Virus record (IMG/VR): IMGVR_UViG_3300048577_000420
Coordinates: 22,579 to 86,578 of that record
Direction: 5' to 3' (one strand)
Length of the DNA: 64,000 nt
From: a virus
Lineage: Duplodnaviria; Heunggongvirae; Uroviricota; Caudoviricetes
Below are positions 26,888 through 35,300 of this stretch, in pieces (within the stretch, counting starts at the first letter, position 1; every line of letters starts with the position of its first letter). The position numbers were made by a program, and so were the translations under genes. The notes under the pieces were generated by a model. That model did not search any database, was not told where the DNA came from, and saw nothing but the letters and a program-made list of their open reading frames with translations.

Positions 26888-27342
26888 TGGCCGGCGCGAT
26901 CCCGGGGTTCGCCGCGGCGGCCGTCCGCGAGGGCCTCCGCCTGCCGATGCGGATGGGCCTGCCAGTCGACGAGGCCCAGTGGCCCACCTTCGTCACCCCC
27001 GGAGCCGTGACGGCGCCCGAGGGCGGCATGGACGCCCACGGCGTGCCGTGGGACCCCGCCGCGACGCCGGTGCGCGAGCCCGACAGCCGCGTCCACGTCG
27101 TGTGCGCCGTCGAGTGGGAGTCCGGCGGGGTCAAGGTCGAGCACTTCGGCACCCGCCAGCCCGAGGTCGCCGTGATCACCCTCCTCGACGAGGAGTGGGC
27201 CAAGGTCCGCGGCTTCGAGTACGTCGAGCTCTTCCCGGCCGGCACGCCGGTGCGCTTCCACTACCGCAAGGTCCGCGGCCGCTACGCCCTCGACGTCGTC
27301 GAGGTGTTCGAGATCGAGTGCAGCACGGAGGATGTCGCGTGA
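26884..27342 (+). CDS. Hypothetical protein
   Basis: ORF track. GTGA coupling. Confidence 0.5.
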   Translation: MMAGAIPGFAAAAVREGLRLPMRMGLPVDEAQWPTFVTPGAVTAPEGGMDAHGVPWDPAATPVREPDSRVHVVCAVEWESGGVKVEHFGTRQPEVAVITLLDEEWAKVRGFEYVELFPAGTPVRFHYRKVRGRYALDVVEVFEIECSTEDVA

Positions 27343-27842
27343 CCGTCCGGTTCGCCTCTCGCTTCATCAAGCACAGCGTCGGCCAGGCGATCGAGGCCTT
27401 CCTCGCCGAGTACGGCTGGACCACCGACCGGCCGCCGTTCGGGACGGACCGCGTCGTCGTCGAGCACCGCGCGCCGGAGACCAAGGACCTCCGGCCGCTC
27501 GCCGGCAACGTGGTCTTCATCTCCTTCGGCGGCGACGACGACGTCCGCCCTCGCCAGATGGGCGGCGGGATGCTCCGCCAGGGCTACGTCGTGTTCGTCG
27601 ACGTCGTCGGCACCGACGAGTCGATCGCCGACGCCCTCGCGGGCGACCTCAAGGACCGCCTCACGGGCCTGTTCGGCGGCACCCGCTACCTGCGGCCCAC
27701 CGACCCGAGCACCGGCCGGGAGCTGCCCGGCTACCTCGGCGAGTTCACCGACGTGGTGCGCGACCAGCCCAGCGGCGAGCGGCGGAACTGGTACTCGATC
27801 TCCTGCACGCTGGAGATGGACTTCCCCGCCACGGACGACTGA
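27339..27842 (+). CDS. Hypothetical protein
   Basis: GTG start within the open frame of ORF 26979..27842. Confidence 0.5.
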   Translation: MTVRFASRFIKHSVGQAIEAFLAEYGWTTDRPPFGTDRVVVEHRAPETKDLRPLAGNVVFISFGGDDDVRPRQMGGGMLRQGYVVFVDVVGTDESIADALAGDLKDRLTGLFGGTRYLRPTDPSTGRELPGYLGEFTDVVRDQPSGERRNWYSISCTLEMDFPATDD

Positions 27843-28117
27843 TGGCGTCCGACCCGGTCGTCGCGATCGTCGGCGAGCAGCGCAAGCGCCTCATCGGCGC
27901 GATCCTCGGCCACGCCGAGCGCGAGATTTACCCCTCGCTGACGGTCGCGCAGCAGCAGGCCTTCCGCGCGAAGGTCCTGGGCGCCATCGGCTCGTTCAGC
28001 GACTTCGTCATCGACGTCCTCCGCGGCACCTCCCAGGGCCAGTGGGTCAACGACGACGCCATGCGTCTGCTCGCGGAGATCTCCGCCCAGGTCACCAACC
28101 TCGCCCGGGAGGACTAG
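27842..28117 (+). CDS. Hypothetical protein
   Basis: ATGA coupling. Confidence 0.45.
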   Translation: MASDPVVAIVGEQRKRLIGAILGHAEREIYPSLTVAQQQAFRAKVLGAIGSFSDFVIDVLRGTSQGQWVNDDAMRLLAEISAQVTNLARED

Positions 28118-28914
28118 TGCCGCTCGTCGCGCGCATCCCCGTCGCGGACACCGGCCTCTTCATCACCATGCGGGTGGGGAGCGACTCGATCATGGGCCGG
28201 CTGGAGGCCAACCGGCCGAAGCGCGTCTCGTGGTCGCGGATGATGCAGGTGATGCAGGCCTACAACCACGAGATGGCGGAGGAGCTCCAGCTCCTCGTCG
28301 TCGAGATGCAGGAGCGCTCTCGCCTGCGGCCGCACGTGAGCACGAAGCGCTGGGAGACCGCGACCCTCAACGAGGGCAACGCGGCCTTCTGGAAGAACGG
28401 CTTCGGCGTGGGCGTGCCGAAGTACCTCGACGAGTCCGTGGCGAAGTACTGGCGCCAGATCGACGAGGGCTACTCGGGCCACGCGCTCCAGCACCGGATC
28501 ATGTACGGCGTCTTCGGCGAGAACCTCGGTCCGGCGGCCGGCTTCGCGAGCGGCCCCGGCTACTACGGCGCGCCCGCGTGGTCCTGGGTCGGCCAGGGCG
28601 GCCGCGACGGGAAGTTCAGCCCCAACCGCCGCGGAGCCGACGGCCACTACGGGCCGCCCGACGGGATGCCTCGGCCCCACAAGCTCGCGGCCCGCGGCGG
28701 CTTCGCCCGCCAGCGCGCGACCACCGGCTCGACGCGGTTCGAGATCAAGAAGGCGATCGCCGGCCAGCACATGTACGCGCGCGCCTGGGACGCGTACCGC
28801 CGCACGAACCGGCCGTTCCAGCTCTTCCGGCAGGTCGTGCTCCGCGAGCTCGGCGCCCAGCTGGGCCTGACGAAGTTGCCGAACTCCGTCGAGGGCGTCC
28901 TCAGACTGCTGTAG
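28117..28914 (+). CDS. Hypothetical protein
   Basis: GTG start overlapping the upstream stop. Confidence 0.5.
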   Translation: MPLVARIPVADTGLFITMRVGSDSIMGRLEANRPKRVSWSRMMQVMQAYNHEMAEELQLLVVEMQERSRLRPHVSTKRWETATLNEGNAAFWKNGFGVGVPKYLDESVAKYWRQIDEGYSGHALQHRIMYGVFGENLGPAAGFASGPGYYGAPAWSWVGQGGRDGKFSPNRRGADGHYGPPDGMPRPHKLAARGGFARQRATTGSTRFEIKKAIAGQHMYARAWDAYRRTNRPFQLFRQVVLRELGAQLGLTKLPNSVEGVLRLL

Positions 28915-29521
28915 CGAGGGCGGCGTCGGCCTCGTCTTCGAGCCCCATCGCGAGGAGCATCTCGGCGCGGAGGAACGCGATCCCCTCGGCGGCCGCGGTC
29001 CCCCACCGCTTCAGCACGTAGCCGTCGCGCGTGGCCAGCGCCTCTGTCGCGCGCATCGTCTCGATCGCGTAGGGCTCCCAGACCCGCGGCTCCGCTGGCA
29101 GCCTCTCGGCGAGCTCCAGCGCGAGCTCGGCATCGGCGGCCATCTCCTTCGACATCACCGCCATGTCACGGACGACGTCGCCGGGCAGCGGTCGTCCCTG
29201 CTGCTCGCTCAGCCGCAGGAGCGCAGGCCACGTCTTGGTGACCATCGCCGGCGACCCGTTGTTCCACTGCTCGCGCAGGATGCCGACGACCTCGGCCCGG
29301 AAGCTGGAGCCGTCGTCGACGTTGGTCGCGAGCGCGCTCAGGTCCGGCTCGGCGACGAGGTCCACACCACCCAGGGTCATGAGCGCCTCGGGGTGGATGC
29401 CGCGCCCGGTGTCGCTCCGAAAGGCCCACAGGTCGGTGAGGCGCCCCTCGGGCAGGTTGCGCTGCGTGAGCCAGCTGCGCACGGCCTTCGTGTTGGCGAG
29501 CGGGGCGTTCGGGTGGACCAC
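28901..29521 (-). CDS. Leftward-transcribed moron (206 aa) inserted between the head and tail modules
   Basis: Protein-like composition. Opposite strand to all neighbours. Has its own upstream region carrying an IR copy. Confidence 0.55.
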   Translation of the reverse strand: MVHPNAPLANTKAVRSWLTQRNLPEGRLTDLWAFRSDTGRGIHPEALMTLGGVDLVAEPDLSALATNVDDGSSFRAEVVGILREQWNNGSPAMVTKTWPALLRLSEQQGRPLPGDVVRDMAVMSKEMAADAELALELAERLPAEPRVWEPYAIETMRATEALATRDGYVLKRWGTAAAEGIAFLRAEMLLAMGLEDEADAALATAV

Positions 29522-29568
29522 GCCCTCGATGATCGTCGCCTGCCTGGGCGGCCAGCAAGGTTCTCCAG

Positions 29569-29586
29569 GACCTGCGAGCGCAGGAT
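29569..29586. promoter_or_regulatory. IR motif copy GACCTGC-GAGC-GCAGGAT followed by TCGCTGCC, between the moron and the major tail gene
   Basis: Read directly from the sequence. Confidence 0.5.
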
Positions 29587-29660
29587 TCGCTGCCCCCTCC
29601 GTCGAGTACTTCCTCCGTCAAGTCGTCGGCCCCTGGCGGGCCATGCGTCAGGAGGTACTC

Positions 29661-31145
29661 ATGGCGATCAAGGCCGGAAGCATCATCACGGTCGGCCACG
29701 GGACCACGCTCATCGAGCGGCTCCAGTCCGGTGGTCCCGGCCAGCTCAACATCCCGAAGACCAAGGTCTACGAGCTCGGCAACTACAAGGCCGTCGCGAC
29801 CGTCCGCGACACCCCGGAGCTGACCTTCACGCTGGAGAGCTTCGACGTGTCGACCGACACCGAGGCGCTGCTCTGCGACGTCAGCCCGGAGACGGACGGC
29901 ATCGACCTCGGCACGGCGATCCCGCTCAACATCATCCAGAACTTCAAGCCCGGCAAGAAGCTGGCGAACCCCTTCACGGCCGCCAAGGGCGTCGCGATCC
30001 CGTACCTCACGGTCGAGTCGGTGTCCTACAAGTTCGGCTACAAGGACAACGCCACCGAGACCGTCACGCTCAAGGGCGACTCGATCTACTACACGGCGGG
30101 CCCGGCGTACATCGACGAGTTCGACGGCACCGGCACGGCGGGCCAGCAGGTGCAGCTCTCCCACCCGGCGTACGCCTACGGCGACGGGGCCAAGCTCACC
30201 CGCGTCCTCGCGGTCACCGTCGGCCTCAACCGGCTCACGGAGGGCCCGGACTTCACGCTCACCTACGGGGCTGTCACGGACGGCGCCTCGCCCGTGACGG
30301 TGCACCTGGTCGAGCCGGTCGCGGTCGGCACGAAGATCCGCGTCACCTTCCACTCGCCGGACCCCGTCACCTACCCCGAGACGATCCACACGCCGGCGAC
30401 GCTCAAGCCGGCCGCGATCCGCGGCAAGGACATCAAGGTCTACATCGGCGGCTACGACCCGGCGCACCCGTCGGCGAGCGCTGCCAACCTCTGGACCGGC
30501 GTCCAGGACGTCTCGGTCGACTGGCGCGTGACCCAGGAGGTCGAGAACGAGCTCGGCAACGCGAACGCGGTCTCCCGCGACTTCGACACCCCGACCTGCT
30601 CGGGCTCGATCGGCATCCTGCCGCGCGACGTGGCGGACCTCTTCCGCAAGATCCGCCTCATCACGGGCGTGACCGACCTCACCAAGGCCGTCGGCCCGGA
30701 CGTGGCGGTCCCACTGCCGCTCGACATCGTCATCACCGACCCGGAGACGGGCGGCACGACGCTCAAGCGGCTGCACGTCGACGACGCCCGCTTCTCGGTG
30801 CCGGGCTACAGCCCGCGTGTCGAGCAGAACGTGACGATGAGCCTGGAGTGGGAGTCGGACGAGGGCGGCCTCACGGTCTTCCGCGACCTCACCGCCCCGG
30901 TCATCACCGGGCTGGAGGAGCCCAGCGGCAAGGCCGGCGACACCGTCCTGATCTCGGGCGTCAACTTCATCGGCGTCACGGCCGTGAAGTTCGGCGCGAC
31001 CGCGGCCACGTCCTACACCGTCCGCGGCCACCGGCAGATCGAGGCGGTGGTCCCGGCCGGCACGAACACGGTCGACGTCACCGTCACCAACGCGAAGGGG
31101 ACCAGCGCCGTCGACGACGACGCGAAGTTCACCTACATCGCCTGA
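29661..31145 (+). CDS. Major tail protein with a C-terminal Ig-like (IPT/TIG-type) domain
   Basis: C-terminal PVITGLEEPSGKAGDTVLISGVNFIGVTAVKFGATAATSYTV..VPAGTNTVDVTV. Strong GGAGGT RBS. Terminator downstream. Confidence 0.7.
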   Translation: MAIKAGSIITVGHGTTLIERLQSGGPGQLNIPKTKVYELGNYKAVATVRDTPELTFTLESFDVSTDTEALLCDVSPETDGIDLGTAIPLNIIQNFKPGKKLANPFTAAKGVAIPYLTVESVSYKFGYKDNATETVTLKGDSIYYTAGPAYIDEFDGTGTAGQQVQLSHPAYAYGDGAKLTRVLAVTVGLNRLTEGPDFTLTYGAVTDGASPVTVHLVEPVAVGTKIRVTFHSPDPVTYPETIHTPATLKPAAIRGKDIKVYIGGYDPAHPSASAANLWTGVQDVSVDWRVTQEVENELGNANAVSRDFDTPTCSGSIGILPRDVADLFRKIRLITGVTDLTKAVGPDVAVPLPLDIVITDPETGGTTLKRLHVDDARFSVPGYSPRVEQNVTMSLEWESDEGGLTVFRDLTAPVITGLEEPSGKAGDTVLISGVNFIGVTAVKFGATAATSYTVRGHRQIEAVVPAGTNTVDVTVTNAKGTSAVDDDAKFTYIA

Positions 31146-31177
31146 CCCCTCCCAGCGCCGCTGGCGCTTGGTCGCGA

Positions 31178-31235
31178 GGCCGGTCGAGTGCTCTCCCCGT
31201 GAGGGCCTCGACCGGCCTCTCGCATTGGACCTGAG
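31178..31235 (+). terminator. Hairpin GAGGCCGGTCGAG-loop-CTCGACCGGCCTC
   Basis: 13-bp perfect stem read directly from the sequence. Confidence 0.5.
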
Positions 31236-31258
31236 CACCACCCTGGAAGAGGAGCCTC

Positions 31259-32122
31259 ATGGCAGGCACGCTGAAGCGCATCCAGGACCTGTTCCGTCAG
31301 GGAGAGGTCGTCATCCTGGAGCCCCGAGATCCCGAGACCGGCGAGGTCGTCGAGCGGATCCCCGTCTACGTCAAGAAGCTCTCCGCGCTGGAGAAGGACG
31401 AGGCGATCAAGGACGCCCGGTCCGCCCGCGCGCGGCGCGTCCTGACCTTCGACCGCGATGAGGACGAGCAGCTCCAGCTCTCCGCGCTGCTCGCCGGGAT
31501 GACCGACGCCGACATCCACGAGGACCTCCTGCGGCGCAAGGCCGGCGAGTTCCTCCACCAGGCCGAGGACGAGGTGCGCTCCGACCCCAAGTGGCGCGAG
31601 CGCCTGGAAGCCATCGACCGCGCGTCGATCGTCGACGACGGCGCCGCGAGCGAGCAGGAGCGCCAGGTGCTCGCCGACCTCCTGGAGGAGTTCCAGAAGG
31701 CCATCGGCAAGGACCACCAGCGCCGGATGAGCGCGCACCTGCGCGAGCTGCGCGACACCCCGCGCGAGGAGCTGGAGGCGTCCTACCGGCAGGCCTGGCG
31801 GGACATGCTCGGCGCGACCTCCTTCTACGAGGCCCGGCGCCAGTCGGAGATCTGGTACGCGCTCCGCGAGTGCTCGTGCGAGCTCGACGCCGACGGCCGC
31901 CCGGTCCAGGGCACCGAGATCATCGGCGGTCGGCTGTGCGCCACGCGTGCCGACGTGAACGACCTCCCGGACGACGTCATCGTCCGGGTGCTGCAGTCGC
32001 TGGACGGGGAGATGACCTCCCGTGAAGCGGGAAACTCGGGCGCTCCGTCGGCTTCCTCCGGGTCGTCGGAGCAGCGAAGCGCGGAGGCGGCATCGACTCC
32101 CTCTACCCCGAGCGCGACGTAA
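31259..32122 (+). CDS. Tail assembly chaperone (G-like)
   Basis: Positioned between the major tail protein and the tape measure protein. Acidic protein. Confidence 0.6.
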   Translation: MAGTLKRIQDLFRQGEVVILEPRDPETGEVVERIPVYVKKLSALEKDEAIKDARSARARRVLTFDRDEDEQLQLSALLAGMTDADIHEDLLRRKAGEFLHQAEDEVRSDPKWRERLEAIDRASIVDDGAASEQERQVLADLLEEFQKAIGKDHQRRMSAHLRELRDTPREELEASYRQAWRDMLGATSFYEARRQSEIWYALRECSCELDADGRPVQGTEIIGGRLCATRADVNDLPDDVIVRVLQSLDGEMTSREAGNSGAPSASSGSSEQRSAEAASTPSTPSAT

Positions 32123-32364
32123 CGAAGGCCGGCTGGGACCTCATCGAGGCGGTCTCGGCGGCCATGTCCGTCCTCGGCTGGTTCGAACTGCCCGAGGACC
32201 AGGTCCCGCCGGAGACGTACTGGCACAGCCCTGACCTGATCGAGGACTGGTTCAAGGCCGTCAAGCGCCGCCAGGACGACCGCAAGCGGGGCTTCGAGTC
32301 GATCGATGAGCCCGACGGCGACGACGACTACGTGGACGACGAAGTGGCTGCCCTTCGGGGCTGA
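32029..32364 (+). CDS. -1 frame extension (T-like) of the tail assembly chaperone. Frameshift at slippery heptamer G_GGA_AAC (32029-32035); the -1 frame is open from 32026 to the stop at 32362-32364
   Basis: XXXYYYZ heptamer lies in the 0 frame of the G-like ORF. The -1 frame opens immediately after a TGA at 32023-32025. Location matches the conserved G/GT arrangement in tailed phages. Confidence 0.55.
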   Translation, partial: GKLGRSVGFLRVVGAAKRGGGIDSLYPERDVTKAGWDLIEAVSAAMSVLGWFELPEDQVPPETYWHSPDLIEDWFKAVKRRQDDRKRGFESIDEPDGDDDYVDDEVAALRG

Positions 32365-32383
32365 CGCGGAGGGGGTGAGGGCG

Positions 32384-35300
32384 ATGGCGGAGGAGTCCGA
32401 GAACGTCCTGATCGGCATCGAGTACACCGGCTCGGCTGCGGTCGAGAAGTTCGGTGCCGACCTCTCCGCGGTGCCAGCCGAGCTCGGCGCGGTCATCAAG
32501 GAGATGGCTGCCGTCGCGGGCAAGGACGAGAACGTCGTCCGGGCCTCGGCCAAGGCCCTCGCCCAGGCCTTCATCGCCACGTGGAAGCTGGAGATGGCCG
32601 AGGCCCAGGGCCTCCTCTCCGGCGTCGGCATCAACCGCGGCAACTTCACCTCCACCGCCGTCGGCTCGCTCGGGCTGACGGACCCGAAGCAGCTCGCGGC
32701 CGCCACCCGCGTGATCGAGCAGGTGCGCCGGCAGATGGACGCCGGCGCGTCCTCGGTCCTCAAGGCCACCGACCTGGCCCCCACCATCCGGGCCCTCCAG
32801 CAGGTCGAGAGCCAGGCAGACCGCACCCAGCGGGCTCTGCAGGGCGCGGCCGCCGCACAGGCCAAGGTCTCGTCGACGCCGACGGTCATGCAGCGCGACC
32901 TGCAGGCGATCCAGAAGGCACCGGTCGCGCCCGACGTGCGCGAGCGCCTCACGAAGCAGCTCGCCCAGGACACCCCGGTGCGCCAGGCGATCGTGGAGCG
33001 CCGAGCCGCCGGCGACGACTCCGGCGCCCGCACGCTGGCGGCCGACCTCGGCACCACCCGGTACCAGGTCATGGCCGCGGACAAGGAGTACCTGGACCTC
33101 ATCGCGGCGCTGCGCCAGGAGTCCGCGGCACACCGCGAGGCCGCCGAGGCCGCTCGCGTCCGCGCGGTGGGCGGCTCCGGCGCCTCGATGGGTCTCGGCG
33201 CCCAGATCACGCCCTGGCAGGTCGGCCGCAGCGCCTACTGGCAGACCGACATGGGCCAGCGGTTCGCGACCCAGATGGGCCTGCCCACCTCGGCCTTCGG
33301 CGGCCCCACCATGCCGGCCGCCGACGCCTCCTGGTGGCAGCGGAACTTCATGCCGGGGCTGTCGGCGCGCCTGACGGAGCAGGTGGCGGCGCTGCCCAAG
33401 GCCGAGCAGCGCCAGGTCTCCCCCAACCCGGGCTTCAAGCAGTCCTTCACGACGGCGTTCACGCACGAGGACGAGCCCGGCGCCTTCGGCCAGATGGTCG
33501 GCCAGACGGCGCGCGTCTCCCTCTTCTACGGCGTCGCCTACCGGGCGCTGTCCGCCCTGCAGCAGGGCCTGGAGCAGGCCGTTCAGGAGACGGTGGCGTA
33601 CGAGGACGCACTCACGTCGCTGAACATCGTCACCGGGCGCACGCGGTCCGCGAACGAGGAGCTGGCCGGCACCCTCTCGGACATCGCCGCGGCCGCCGGC
33701 TACACGCCGTCCCAGGGCGTCGCCCTGGGCTCGAAGGCGCTCGGCCTCTACGGCGTCGCGAGCGCCGACCAGGCCACGCAGGAGCACACGATCGAGGTCT
33801 CGGCCACGGTCGCGACCCGCATGGCACGCGTGGCGAACGCCGACCCGGTCGGCACCCAGGGCCAGCTCGCGGGCGCCCTGCGCTCCCTCGGCTGGGGCAT
33901 CGACCGCCTGCCCGAGCTGGAGGACACGATCTCCTTCATCTCGCGCCAGACGGGCCAGGCGCCCACCGAGCTCCTCGGCGCGGTCTCGAACATCGCGACG
34001 CTCGGCACCCAGGCCGGCTTCACCCCGCAGCAGCTGGCCGCTCTCGTCGCGCAGGTCGGCACGACGACCGGCCAGAACCCCGAGAGCACCGCGGGCCAGT
34101 TCCGCCAGCTCCTGTCGCGCTCGGCGCCCGAGATCGCCTCGCAGGCGTCCGGCATCGTCGGCGTCGACCTCACCGGCCTGGACCTGCAGCAGATCTTCGC
34201 CAAGGTCTCCCAGCTCAGCCTCAGCGCCGACCAGCTGAACGCCTTCGCGTCCCTGTTCGGCAAGGGCGGCTCGCAGCAGGTCGCCACGATCCTCACCCAG
34301 CAGTACGGCGCGGTCCAGAAGCTCTCCACGGAGGCCCAGGCCCCGGAGAACGCGGGCTTCGGCCGCCGCGCCTACGACGAGGCGATGACGTCGTTCGGCA
34401 ACCGGGTCAAGGAACTCGGCGGCCAGTTCGCGCAGTTCGGGGTCGCGCTCATCGAGACCGGCGTGCTCGACTGGCTCGGCGCTCTCGTCGTCGCGATCAC
34501 CCAGCTGGTCGAGGTGGGCACCAAGGTCCTCGGGTGGTTCAACGAGCTCCCGCGGCCCCTCCGATCGGTGGCGCTCGCGCTGGCCGAGGTCTACGGCGCC
34601 GCGCTCCTGATCGGCAAGACCGGGATCGGCGCGAAGGCGCTCGGCGGTGTCGCCGGCACCGCGCTCGACCTCCTGCCCACGCGGGTGACGAACCGCGTCC
34701 TCTCCACGAGTGCCGACGCCGTCACCGAGTCGCAGGTGACCCGGCTCTTCGCCCGGGGCGCCCAGGGCCCGCTCATGGCGGACGGGCGCTTCGCGACCAA
34801 CCAGGTGTCGGCCGCGACCCTGCGCGCCGCGCTGGGGACGGACGTCTCCGCCCTCTTCGCCCAGGGCGGCCCCCTTCGCCTGTCCGCGGACGCGCGTCTG
34901 GCCGCGTCGCAGTCGGGCACGCTGCTGGGCCGGGCGCAGGGCGCGACGGGCCTGACCGGGCTCGGCATGGCCGGCGCCGTGGGCGCCGCGGCGCTCGCCG
35001 CAGGCACGATCTACGAGGGCTTCAAGGTCACCAACGACGCCCAGGCCCGCGTCGACGAGGCCCGCGCCGCCCTGGCCGCCGCGAAGAGCCTGGACGAGCT
35101 GCGCGACGCCACGGCGCTCGCCCGGAACTCGATGCAGGACCTGCGCCAGGAGGGCCTGGAGGGCCTCAAGACCGGCGACGTCGTCAACCTCATCCCGGCG
35201 CTCATGACCTCGCTGCTCACCGGCGGCGAGAAGAAGGCGCTCCAGGAGACCGCGGACGAGGGCCAGCGCCGCGCCGACGCTCTCCAGCAGTACCGCGACA

